Source: Sphaerodactylus townsendi | Taxonomy: Eukaryota | DNA: 64,000 nt | Assembly (NCBI RefSeq): GCF_021028975.2 | Contig: NC_059438.1 | Span: 24,986,001 to 25,050,000 of the forward strand | Direction: 5' to 3' | In this document: positions 45,002 to 63,489 of the stretch, piece by piece | Layout: each line of letters opens with the position of its first letter | How positions within the stretch are numbered: the first letter of the stretch is position 1 | Program-made: the position numbers and the translations under genes | The notes under the pieces: model-generated | The model's database searches: none | What the model saw: only the letters and a program-made list of their open reading frames with translations | What the model was told of the DNA's origin: nothing

Positions 45002-46006
45002 TGTTACCGCGAATTGCCAGGTAACAATAAGTGATTTCAGCTCAGCAACTTAATGAGGCGCAGGAAGCTGGCGTTTCTTCAAAGCAGGAAGGATTTTATT
45101 GCAAGTGATCTCTTGGCACAGCTCAGCAGAAAGGACTCCACATGGCTGTACATCAGCCCCTTTTATACATTTCCCAGAAAAGGGGTGTAGGGCAGTCCCA
45201 CCCCCACAGTGCAAAACCCAGGAAGGGGGCGGTCTCCTTCCATCTAATACAGAGAAAATATAACACCAAAGGGAGAAAACAATCTCTTTGCACATGCTGA
45301 TGAGATCAAATCCCAGAAGAAAAGCTAGCACCTTCTTGCCTGAGGTGGTTCCCTGGGAGTGTTAGACAGAGACAAGTTCAAATGATCCAATGAATTCTTG
45401 GATCCTGAAAGTAAGGATGTGAACAGTCCAATGAGCTTCTGGATCCTGAGAGTAAAACTTCAAACAGTCCAGTAGCAAAACAGGGTGACATCCTTTGTTA
45501 GTCAAAAGGCCCTTTTGTTGGTGAAGATGGGATTACCTGGGTGTTGGTCCAAACTAAATTCCAGGAGTAGTTTCCTTGTCCCTTAATATCAACCTTTCTG
45601 GCCACTGCTTTGGCCATCAGACACAAATTTCAAAAATAACATTTCTAAACTTAAATGTTAGGGAAACCTTAAAGGATAAACACATGTACTTATACTTATG
45701 GGCAAGACTTTACAGATACTTATTGGCATGGCTTTCTTAAATCTAACAATAACAAAACCTTAAACTAACTGAAGAACCTAACTAAACTAACATCCTAAAC
45801 TGCAGGCACATCACAAATTCAACTTAAAAGGGGCTTTTAATACATCCTAGAAAGGCATAAACAAGAGGGAAACCATATAGCATTGGCACAAACATACATA
45901 TGCGTTCTCTGTGAACCTTATGGAGGCTTCTGAACCACACAAGTCTCTGCGTAGCCAGGCAACCTGACTTCAGGAAAATATTTTGTTTATTTTCCTGTCG
46001 GTAACA
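45002..46006 (-). mobile_element. Solo LTR (1005 bp) inserted in a MIR-like SINE
   Basis: Termini TGTTACCG/CGGTAACA, 4-bp TSD TGTT (44998-45001, 46007-46010), TATAAAA (45161-45167) and AATAAA (45095-45100) on minus. SINE head at about 44895-45000 and tail at about 46010-46110. Confidence 0.8.
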
Positions 46007-46315
46007 TGTTCAGCCTGACCTACCTCAGTGGGCTGTTGTGAACATACAGTAGAGGCGAAGAGGACAGTGTAAGCTGCTTTGGGGCCCACTGGAGCGAGAG
46101 GCAAACAAACAAACACGTGCAGCAATTCTCTCTCTTGTAAGGGGGCGGTCCGCTGGAGCGCTCCCCCACCCCCCCGACGTTGGGCGCAAAGCCCGCCGTG
46201 CTTAGCAACCGTTGCTAGGGTCGCGCCTGGCGGAAAACCCGGACCGGAGGGTCGTACTGCGCCTGTGCGGAAGTGTGTCGGCATGCGCAGAGACTCCGTG
46301 TCTCTGGGGCGCGTC

Positions 46316-52768
<6,453 letters not shown>

Positions 52769-53930
52769 GCCGGTTAGGCGGCACGTGAGGTAGAAAGGAG
52801 TGGCGCGTGCATGCCGGGCACCGTTTGCCTCCAAAAGAGCCAGGGTCTTTCATGAGAGGAAGAGAACTCCTCCACACTCGGTCGTGGGCTGCTTGAGGGG
52901 CCCTGAGTCTCTAGGAACAGACAGGAGGAGGACGGTGCCGCACGCACCAAACAGTGTCCTCTCGCTGGGTGCCTCTAGAAGCTGACCGGCAGGGTGCGGT
53001 GGTGCCAGCTGGGCCTCCATTGCTTGCTCTTGAGCACATAACCACTCTTCACCACCAAGTCGCCTCTGTACTGTCAGCAGGGCAGGCTATTCTGCATGTT
53101 CCTTTGTACAGCCGAGGGCTCTCTCAGATGAGGACTACAGCTCTGCCTTGGAGAGTGGGCTGGCTGGGTGGCAGGACTGTACACCACACAAGACAGTATT
53201 GGCAGGCAGGTGAGACCATGAAGCGAGACACCGATATAAAAGGGGACTGCTCTACCCGCTGTTTGAGCAGAGACTTTGGCTTTTTCACTCCTCTGTCAAT
53301 TTTCTCGGAGCTTTCTGCTACAGCCTCAAAATCTCCCCCCCTCTCTGTCTCCACTAGTTCAGACCCCGTCAGCATATATTTAAAGTTTAAGGGCTCTCTG
53401 CCCCGCTTCATACTGGCTTCCATTGTACATTGTTTGCACTGATGCCACTCGTTCACCCAGCAGGGAAAATCTTTTGAAGCGCCTCCCGATCTGTCTTAGT
53501 GTTCACCATACCGAAACATTCGGTGTAGCCTGCAAACCTGGCTGCCACCTCGCTCACCCCAAACCCTCCACAACGATGCTGAAGGGCACGGTCCCACTGT
53601 GAGTCCTTTGGGGGCTGGCCGGCTGCTCCTTACATTTGTACCCTCCACCCCTCAGCTTTCTGATGTAATAAGTTATAAATTGATGGGAGACCTCATCTTG
53701 CATTTCCACAGCTGCTGAATTTATTAATGGATTTTGGGCAGGGAACTTTAATCAAGCAATTTTGGAAGCTCAAATAAATGCCTGCTGTCTCACCTGTATC
53801 TGTGCGCTTTTTACCCCTCTCAACCAACACCAGAATGCAGGTGAGGCAGGCCTTACCTTTGCAGCAGCCACACTGACCGACTCAATCAAAGCCTGTTAAT
53901 AGTTTCACCTTCTACCACTTTTGCCCAGTG

Positions 53931-54235
53931 GAGCAGCAGTGGCGTAGGAGGTTAAGAGCTTGTGTATCTAATCTGGAGGAACCGGGTTTGATTCCCAGCT
54001 CTGCCACCTGAGCTGTGGAGGCTTATCTGGGGGATTCAGATTAGCCTGTACACTCCCACACACGCCAGCTGGGAGACCTTGGGCTAGTCACAGCTTCTCG
54101 GAGCTCTCTCAGCCCCACCTACCTCACAGGGTGTTTGTTGTTAGGGGGTGGGGAGAAGGGATAGGAGATTGTAAGCCCCTTTGAGTCTCCTGCAGGAGAG
54201 GAAGGGGGGATATAAATCCAAACTCTTCTTCTTCT
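53931..54235 (+). mobile_element. Squam3-like SINE, young subfamily
   Basis: Same family consensus. Confidence 0.8.
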
Positions 54236-56498
54236 ACCATTAGGCAAACTGGCCTCTTATCCCCCCGATCATTTTGTAAAGGGCATGCAGCCTCTGGGGA
54301 GGGGGTTGACAATTTGCCCGTGGCTGTAGCAGCTCGAGGAGCTCACACTGGACTCCCTTAAGCACCCTGGGGGGCAAAGGAGTTAATTAACCTGCCACTT
54401 GGCCAGAGTGCGCCATCTTGTGCCACTCAGTTTTTCTGTCACCCACTTCAAAGTGGCAGCTCCAGTCTGGGCATCACCCAAATACCTTCTGCCATGGTGT
54501 AGCGCTTCTCATAGAGGTTTTATTAATTTCGTTAGATGTTGCCTACATGTCAATTTCAACAGCTCTTTGCAAAAATATGGGCTAGACACTCACAATATTT
54601 CTGGCAGCTGAATCCTGATCACACGCTCACATCCCCCCCCCCCCCCACGCTCCACCTTCCCCCAGGTAGTGGCTTTTGCTGCTCGACCAGAATCATGGCA
54701 TCGAGACACATACTTGCTATTCACAAGTAAACTTTCCATATTGAGAACGACTGGGAAATACCGAGTGCTGACAAAAACGGTCCCAGCACTGGCAAATAAG
54801 TCTAGCGCTGATAATCAAGGCCAGTCGGCAAGAGGCACGGGAGCCAGGCCAGGGCCCGGCAGAAGCCAGACAGGGAGCGGCCCTCAGCAGCAGGGCAAGT
54901 TCCCAGAAATGCTCTCTCAGAGCTCCTCAAAGCGCCCCACTGAGTGCCAGCTGGGGACCTGACTCAACCCACGGCAGCCATCCTGCCCAGGAGAAAGGAG
55001 GACCATCCAGCAGCAGACTTTGCAGTCCTTTCCCCCCATAGTTCTGCACGAAAGATAACGGAATCCCTACCGAGACTTCTGCTGCTTCCTGCAAGTGGCG
55101 CACGCGAAGTGGTGCGCGTGAAGCTTGTTGCACCGCTGGAGAAACAGAATTTGGCTGCCAAGGAGGCCGTTCCATAAATAGCTGAACAAACAGCCTCCCT
55201 CTGCACCTTCCTCCCACCCAGTCATTGCATTTCTGCCTACACAAGATGGGATCTGGGGCTTTGTGCCTGCAGGAGGCTCTGCTTGGGTGGGGAGGAGCTG
55301 AGAGTCGGGGGTGTGTGTGTCAAAGGCCCTTTTCCTGCCACCATCCCAGCTATAGCAGCCCTCCACAATGTCACTGACCTGTCCAAATCAACAGGGTTGA
55401 AACTACCAACACTGACAAGGTCCCTTTGCTGCCTGCTCTGTTGCTCAGCAACCAATGCGAGTGGTGAAAAGCCACCCACTTGACACCCATCTCTTTGCCT
55501 GCCTGTTCACAACATATTTTCTGGGCCGAAGGGAACGGGATTGTTTTCAGACGGCAGGAACGTCACATCTGGTGCCAGATTCTCAGGCTTTCTGTGTGAG
55601 ACTGAAAGTCTTCCTTGGACTGTGTGTGACCTTCTGGCCCTTCCAGTCTTGAAAGCAGCCAACTGACTCTTGACTCACCTGGCCTTCCCATTTGCTGATA
55701 GACCGGGTGGGGAAACACTCAGTTATCTAACTGGACTCTTTCCCAGTGGAAATTTTGGCCCAAGACCAAAATCCTTTTGCGGACTCTTTCCCCTGGCCCA
55801 CACAGTGTGTGTGGCGGGAGTGTGTGTGTGTGTGTGTGGGGGGGGGGGGAATAGCTAGAGAATCCACCTTTTCCTACTTTGTGTATTTCACACTGTAGGT
55901 GCTGCCAGACACACGAGACAGAGCAAACGGAGGGGGCTTGTTCCCCCGTGGCCCTGTTTTAAAAGTCATCAGCCTACAGCCCATGCAAAGAACACCCTCC
56001 CCCAACTTAGGGGAAGGTCCATTAGCAGAAGCAGGCAGACGGTCAGTGCCTGCCGGTTAACCTCGTGGCACCTTCAGCCCTTCCACGCATACAGGTCGAA
56101 GCCACGTAGGGCTGCTGTGTGGGGCAGCAGGCAGGGCTCGTCGGTCTGCAGGGGTCCAGCACAGCAGATGGCCCCACAACTCTCCCTCTCTCTGCTGCGT
56201 TCTCAGTGTGTGAAGCACCAGATTTTGGCACACGTGGAAAAGGAAAAGCAAATTCACCCAAAGAAACTACCGCCCGCCTGCCCGCCTCCCACTGCCTGCT
56301 CTTCTCCTTCCACGCATTTTCAAACTGAGAGGTGGGAGACGTGCTCTCGCCCCTGGATGAGAAGCGGGGAGAAGAGAGAAAGAGTCTCGCAGAAGAGGTG
56401 AAAAGCAAGTTTAGTGGGTGCTGCCCCAGGTGGGCAGATGAGGCATCCAAACCCCCAGGGGAGTGGCTGCGCCCCCTCTCCCACTGCTGCCCCCGGCC

Positions 56499-58668
56499 CT
56501 ACCCATCCCCCTCTTGCAACAGCTTGTCCACCTCTGTCCGCTGCAGCCAGAGGCGCTGCTGCTTCTCGCTCTGCAACTCTTCGACGTGATGGGAGCTGCG
56601 ACAGTGCTGGGCCATGTCGCAGATGTTGCCGTGCAGCAACCGGCAGCTGCCGCAGCAGGACAAAGGGAGGGCCCCTGGGAGCAGGCACGAGTGCAGATGG
56701 TAGCGGGCGGGCTCTGGCCCCGCCACCCCTGAGCCCAGCCCTTGCGCTCGCCGCAGGCCCACGGGACTCAACTGGGGGCTCCGCAGCTGCCTGGCAGGAG
56801 GAGGAGCCGGGCTGTTTGCACCATGCGGCTGCGGGCTGGGACTATCATAGCGGGGACTGGGCGACAAGAACCAGCTTCCCGGCTGCGTGGGGTAATCCGT
56901 GTCACTCGACTTGCTGAGCTCCCGCCTCAAGGAGATGAAAGAGAAGGAGGTCTCCAGGTCAGGCCCCTCGGGGGTCACGAGCCCATTCCCATAGGGCTGC
57001 TCCTGGCCAGGGCCCCACAGCTGGCTCCTGCCCTCCGACGGGCACTGGGGGCTCCTGGCACGCAGCTCTTTGCTCCTCAGCCTGGGGCTGCTGAGGTGCT
57101 CGTAGTGGGGAGGCTGATGCTGAGGCGGGGGCCTGGCTCCCGCCGGCTCGCAATAGGGCTCCAGTCCCTCGGGGCTCTCCCTGTACAGGTCCACCCCATC
57201 AGCCGGCTCCACGCAGAAGTCGTTGCCCCTGGGCCAGTGCGCCAGGCTCTGCAGCTTGGCCACGCAGCCCTCCAGGCCGCCCCGGGCCTCCCTCCGGGCC
57301 TGCAGCAGCTCTTCAGAGAAGATTTGGCAAGGCTCCAGCTCCTCCACAATCTTGCCCAGGATCTGGCACTCCACCTGGGCCGCAAAGAAGCTGCAAGCAA
57401 CGCGGAGCAGGCCAGCCCCCGGCGGCAGCTGGGAAATCACCAGGTGGAGGTGGTCTTTCTGGACATAGCCCATCCGGTGGAAGCTCTTGGTAATGTCAGC
57501 CTCGGAGAGGACTCCTTGGAGAACGTGCACGTAAACTCCAGAGAAGGTCTGCAAAGAAGGAGACACGCATCAGCCCCCTGGCTCTCCCCACGCAGCATGG
57601 GGCAGAGGAACACCCTGCTGTTATATTTAGATTATTTTTATATTCACGTTTATATCCTGCCCTCCACAACAGGGCTCAGGACGGCAAAACAACATAATAC
57701 AGTCAAAACAATCATCAATCAACATAATAAACAAGAAACAGTAAAAGAATACTGTAAATAATAAACAAGAATAATAAACAAGAAACAGTAAATAAACAAG
57801 AAACAGTAAAAGAATACTGTAGAGCAGCAGTGGCGTAGGAGGTTAAGAGCTCATGTATCTAATCTGGAGGAACCGGGTTTGATTCCCAGCTCTGCCGCCT
57901 GAGCTGTGGAGGCTTATCTGGGGGATTCAGATTAGCCTGTGCACTCCCACACACGCCAGCTGGGTGACCTTGGGCTAGCCACAGCTCTTCTGAGCTCTCT
58001 CAGCCCCACCCACCTCACAGGGTGTTTGTTGTGAGGGGGGAAGGGCAAGGAGATTGTCAGCCCCTTTGAGTCTCCTGCAGGAGAGAAAGGGGGGATATAA
58101 ATCCAAACTCCTCCTCCTCCTCCTCCTCCTCCTCTTCTTCTTCTTCTAGGTGGCGAAAACCCACCCCCTTACTGTGCCCACAGGAGGCCAATGATGGCAG
58201 CAGGTCAGGCCGGAATGCCTGGCGGAAAAGCTCGGTCTTGCAGGCCCTGCGGAAACCACTCAAGTCCTGCAGGGCCCTGATCTCACTCGGGAGCTTATTC
58301 CACCAGGTGGGGCCCGGGGCTCCTTCCCCCTCCTTCCTTGATGCCCCAACAATACTCACTTTTATGGTGCTGAATTCTTTGCGCCAGGGGAAGAAGTACA
58401 GATTGATGGCTGCCAGCTCCAGCACCTCGAAGGCCCTGGAGAGATTCTGGAGGGCCGCCCCCAGGTCCAGCTGCCCCCGCAGGGCCCCCGCAAGCATGGC
58501 AAAGGTATCTTCCCCTTGCAGCGCCCAGTGCAGCTCCGGGTCCTCCAACAGCTGGCGCCACAGCTTCTGTTTCAGAGATGAGTCCGCACATACCCCCGAG
58601 TGACCTCTGCGGAAATCCCTCTCCAAGCAGCGGCGGTATTCCTCCTGCAGCGCAGCACTGGGACTCAT
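56499..58668 (-). CDS. SPATA2L: SPATA2-like protein, 452 aa, 2 coding exons
   Basis: Exons (minus) 58668-58360 and 57548-56499. PUB-like LELAAINLYFFPWRKEFSTIKTFSGVYVHVL, FSFISLRRELS and C-terminal Cys/His region HSCLLPG...CCGSCRLLH...QRLWLQR. A non-coding first exon probably lies in the CpG island at about 60300-60700. Confidence 0.93.
57822..58147 (+). mobile_element. Squam3-like SINE, young subfamily, expanded (CCT)n(CTT)n tail
   Basis: Same family consensus. Confidence 0.8.
58190..58325 (-). mobile_element. L2 LINE ORF2 C-terminal fragment (3' tail continues at 57620-57820 beyond the SINE)
   Basis: PTWWNKLPSEIRALQDLSGFRRACKTELFRQAF is the L2 C-terminal motif (P.LWN.LP..IR...F...LKT.LF). 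Confidence 0.7.
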
Positions 58669-59899
58669 CCTGCAGCAAAGCAAAGGCCAAGCCCTGAGAC
58701 CCGCCCCACTCAAAATCTCAGACACCCCCACCTTCCCACAGCTGGCCCAACCAGCACTGCCCCACCTGGATATAAAGGGGGCCACAGCACTTCCAGCACA
58801 CAGCTGCAAAGTTATCAGGTGAAATTTAAACCCTGTCTCGAAAGACCTTGAATGTAAACTACGCTTCACAAACACACACTGTGCACGCAGAAGGGATCCT
58901 CTGGCAGCTCCGGCTACACTTTTTGTACCCTGAACTCAGCAAGCTTTTAAACATTAATTAAAAATTGATCGTTTGCCTTTTTTCCATTAGGAGCTCAGGG
59001 CAGCTTGCAATATAGACACAGCACCCAAAAAACCATAAACAGCCAAAATGTGAAATCACAGCCAAGGATAGCCAGTGAATTAATCGAACAGGGTGCCACA
59101 TGAAACTGCTTTTAACTGGCTCCTAAAGATCAGGGTCCTCAGGACCACTGAAGGGCCGCCGGGGGCCACCCAGCTGCCCCTCCTACCTGCCCTCTGCTAC
59201 TTGTGCCGATCTGAAGATCCTGTGCCGATCTGAAGATCTAACCGGCTGGCCTTTAGGGATGCAGCAGCAGGGGTATCTTCTGGGGCTTTGTTATTTTACT
59301 GCCACATGAAACTGCTTTTAACTGGCTCCTAAAGATCAGAAGGGAGGGGGGGCCCCCCCCCCCCCCCCGGAAAGGTTGTCCCCTGATCCTGGGGCTGTGT
59401 CTTCCTTGAGACACATCTTTTGGACCACGTTCTTGATTGGCTTGTCCTAGTCAGCAGGTGAGTTTCCCATCAGGTTAGCTGAGACCCACCCGGTAGGAGC
59501 TTTTCCAAGCATGGCCCCATAGTGTCCTCAGGACCACTGAAGGGCCGCCAGGGGCCACCCAGCTGCCCCTCCTGCCTGCCCTCTGCTACTTGTGCCGATC
59601 TAACCGGCTGGCCTTTAGGGAGGCAGCAGCAGGGGTATCTTCTGGGGCTTTGTGATTTTACTGCCGCTGAGCTTTTCCCAGAGAGCCTCCTGCTCTTGTC
59701 GGTGCCTGCCTGGCCCTGCATCATGTATGAGTCCAAGCCCGGTTTCGGTCAACACATCACGGGGAGATTCATTCCAGGGTGTCAGATTTAGGGACAAGGG
59801 GATCCCAGCTGTCCTTGCAAGGGCAGGGTGGGTCGGGACCCCCGACCTTTGACACTCCCACCCACCCACCCACCCAGTCCTTTTTTGAAGGGTCTCCCC

Positions 59900-60700
59900 C
59901 CGCCGCCGGGGAGTGGATCAGGTGAAACCGCCAGAAAACCAGCCAGCCTGTCCATCGCCAGCATCCCAGTGAGGAGCCCCCCGCCCACCCCCTTGCGCCT
60001 CCCTTGGTCCAGGCTCAGACACCTGGGGAGGGGAGGGGAGGGAGCGCCACCCCCGGTCCCGCGGCCGGAGGGCCAGAGGAGCCCAAAGGCAGCCAGCGAC
60101 CCCCGCCGGGCCGGGCCGCCCCTCTGCCCCTGGGGGTCCCTCCCGCTGCCAGGGCGAGGGTGGGGAGAGAGTCCGCAGGATTCGCCCTTGAAAGCCCACC
60201 CAAAAGCCGCCGCGCCGAGACACCGAGTTGGGCTGCGCGAAGAGCAGCGCCCGCGGAACGTCCCGCCACAGGAGCCCGGCAACCCCCAGCCCCTCCGCCC
60301 GGAGCGCCGCACCTGGAGCACGCGACGTCACACTCGCCTCCCGGAGCCCGCACCCCGCCGCTCGCCCTCCCCTCCGCTGCCGCCCGTCACCTCCGGCGCG
60401 CCTTGGCCCCGCCCCGCAGAGATGGCGTCACGCGCCCGGGCATTAACCCTTCAAGCGGCGGGGCGCCCGAGGGGGCGGGGCTGGCGCGCCAAGGCGGCGG
60501 CGTCCACACGTGCGAGGGGCAGGCAGGGGCGACGCGTGTCGCAGAGGCCGGTCAGTCGGAGTGGAGCCGCTCCGGTGCCCCGCTTGGCATGCAGCAGCAG
60601 GAGCGCCTGGCGAGAGGAGGATGCGGAAGGCGGAGGAGGACCGACCAGGTAGCCGCTCCTCCGCCCGTGGACCCGGCAGCGGCAGCAGATCCCCATTATA
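59900..60700 (-). promoter_or_regulatory. CpG island, probable SPATA2L promoter and first non-coding exon
   Basis: Very GC- and CpG-rich, upstream of the SPATA2L ATG exon (acceptor cag|GATG at 58669). Candidate minus-strand donors at about 60312 and 60390. Confidence 0.6.
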
Positions 60701-63256
60701 AAGGGGACCCCATTATTTCTCCCAGCCCCCCACCCCCCCAGCTGAGTTTCCTACTGATGTGCCGCCAGGGGCTGTGCCAAGACACGCGGTGTTCTGTACA
60801 AAAACTGCTTACCTAAGGACATTAGGTGGGGAGGGGGCGATTCCCCCATGGCTGGCCCCATATGGCTGTCTTCTTAGCCTTGTCATCCGGGCAAAAGGCC
60901 CTGCTGCAGCTGGGCTTCATTTGCATTCTGGACACAGACGCCTGCCTTTCTGTGTTATACTCCCAGGCCTTCCCCAGACACTAGAAAACAAAGATTTCCC
61001 GCCCCCCTCACAGTCTTGCCCTGTCCGAGGGCTGCGGTTGTTGAATGGGAAGGATTTGGAAAATCTTGGCTCAAAACTTTCCCCGGCTATAGAAGCTCCC
61101 TGGTTCTCCTTGGGCTAGTGTTGTACGCACTCCGCCTAACCTGCTGCCTCACAGGCGGGTTGTTACTTTAGAAGATATCATGGAGGGAGAACAGTGTATG
61201 CCCTTTTAGGGCCTGGAGGGCATACATTAAATAAATATGATTGAACATCTCGTTACATGCTTAACAAGTTACCTACAGCTGTTTTCTTGGTTTAATCTTT
61301 TAAAAAACATCCATTCTTCCAACTTCAGTGTGTCCTGTTCTCTGCACTTCCCTTTCCCAAGAGCCGCAAGCTCAGGTTTCCTGTTATCTTCCTTCTCACG
61401 GCCCCTCCGCCAAGCTCTCCTGTTGGTTCCCTCCCTGCCTTCTAGGCTGTCTGCACAGAGACCAGCATGAGGTTGCCGGGGGCCGTGCCGTTGTCTCTTG
61501 GAAACTTGGCAATGGAGCAGGCCAAGCAGGAGGCGACAAGCCGAAAATAAAACTGGACCTTGCTGTGAACCCGACTTGGGCTTAGTTGTGTGGGCTCCCC
61601 CAAAAAAGCGGGGGCCACAGTTGTGGTCGTCTGGACTGCTCCAAGGAGCTATCCAGAGTCAGGGATTCCCAAGAGGCCTGCGAGCCAATACATTATAGGA
61701 ATGGTTTCCAAAAATGCAACTGACGTGCTTTCTTTTAAGGATCAGTTCCTTAAGCCGATGCCATTTTAAGAGGGAAAGGGGGCAGCCCCCAGAAAGGCCC
61801 TTCTTTCCCCCCTCCCCAGCAAAGTTCCCATCCAGCTCCACATTCCAACAATGCAACTTCTACAGCAGATTATGTCTTTATTATGGAAGCTGAACAAGGA
61901 GAGCAGCCCCAGTGTGCCAGCGCCAGAGAGGTCAGGCAGGGGACTTTGAGGAGCGTTACAGTGCCAGAGAAAACAGCAGAATCCAGATCTCTTCTACTTC
62001 ACAGAATTGGCCAGCAGCAATCTGACTTTACAGCTCTCAGCTCAGCTGAGTCTGGGCACGAGTTCCCTTTCCTTCCCCTGCTCTGGCCCAGGCAGGCGGC
62101 ACAGGGCCCACACCCAAAGACGCGAGCAGCGTTCCTGTAAAATGTAGCCCAGTGGAGTCCAGCTGCCTTTGGCTCAACAGCAGCTCTAGAACAATTCCAG
62201 AGGCATCAAAAATCCATCCAGTGTGGACAAGGCCCTGTTGCAATCTTTGCTTTTCAGGAAATGGTGCAAATTCTCGCTAACGCACCCCCCCCCCCCCCCC
62301 CCGCCAATCCAGCCACTGTCTTCAGTAGTCGTTAGCAAAGCAGCATCTACCGCCTACCCCGTCCAGAGTTTCAGAGAGGACAGCTGGGCAGACAGAAGCA
62401 CAACCTGCCTCATGTTAGCCTCTGCAATTCTCTCACTCATACAACAGTCCGGAAAGCCGGTGTGGCGTCAGGGGCTACAGTGTCTGACTCAGAGGTGTGA
62501 GCACCCACTTCAGGTCCCCATGCTGCCACGGAAGCTTGTTGGGTGATCTTGGGCTAGTGCCACTCATTTGCCTAGTCTACCTCACAGGAGTGTTGTGCAG
62601 AGTAAATGGACAAGGGGAGGATATTGGTCCTCGTTGGGAAGAAAAGGCAGGTAACCAGGAAGTAAATAAATAGTGAGTAAAAGGAGTGCTAGCTGGGCCC
62701 ACCCTCTCCCATCCAGCTACAGGATCCCCAGGAACAAGCCCCGCCGGCAGCACAGCCACAAAGTAATGGCGACAACTACTCCACAGGGGTCAAGCGGATG
62801 GCAGCAGGGGGGCAGGCGGCCTGGCTCCTCCCTCAAAAGCCCTTGGGTGTCCTTACTATGCAAGACGGAGTGACTGGGGGGAGTGGGCCATGCATGTGTA
62901 GCTTCACTGTAGGGGCAAACACACCCACCCCCTTTCCGCTCAGAAGTCGCAGCAAGCCACAAATCCGCAAGTCCTGGGTCAGCTCTTGCAACCAAGAGAG
63001 GGCGGCACCCTCTGCCTCCCCTCCTCCTCCAGGGAGGCACCGCTCACAGCATTTGCATCAATACGTGGCCTGAAGGAGACCACCCCCACAAATCCTGAAC
63101 AGGGTCTGGGGGAGGCATTATCAGTTCAGTCTTCTCACAGGTTCACAGGGAATGGCTGCCAGCAGCCTTTGTGACTCGGACAGCACGGGGCGGGGAGGAG
63201 GCACAGAAGCAGGAGTGGATCACGACAGGCGGAGGCTTCAGCCACAGGGGGCTCAG

Positions 63257-63350
63257 CTACTTGCTGAGGGCCGGCCCATGCAGGGACTCCACGTAGGAGA
63301 GGGCGCTCTGGAGAGAAGTCAAGCAGTAGCCCTCCTCGCCAATCAGGTAC
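63257..63350 (-). CDS. VPS9D1: VPS9 domain-containing protein 1, last coding exon
   Basis: Acceptor cag|G at 63350; [30 protein letters not shown]-stop matches the VPS9 domain end (GEEGY motif). Syntenic after SPATA2L; AATAAA on minus at 61877-61882. Confidence 0.9.
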
Positions 63351-63489
63351 CTGCAGGGGAGCAAAAGAGAGCCTGTGAGCAGGGCGGGAGGGAGGGAACG
63401 CCCTGCCAGAGGATCCTGCAGAGAAACAGGAGCTTCCTTTTACACATCTAACTAGCACATACATAGAAAGATAAAGAAAAGATCTAGTC

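Noticed and set aside
56742-57761. 339-aa plus-strand ORF
   Set aside because: Antisense shadow of the GC-rich SPATA2L exon.
59828-60816. 270-274-aa Pro/Arg/Ala-rich ORFs
   Set aside because: CpG-island composition; no domain motifs.
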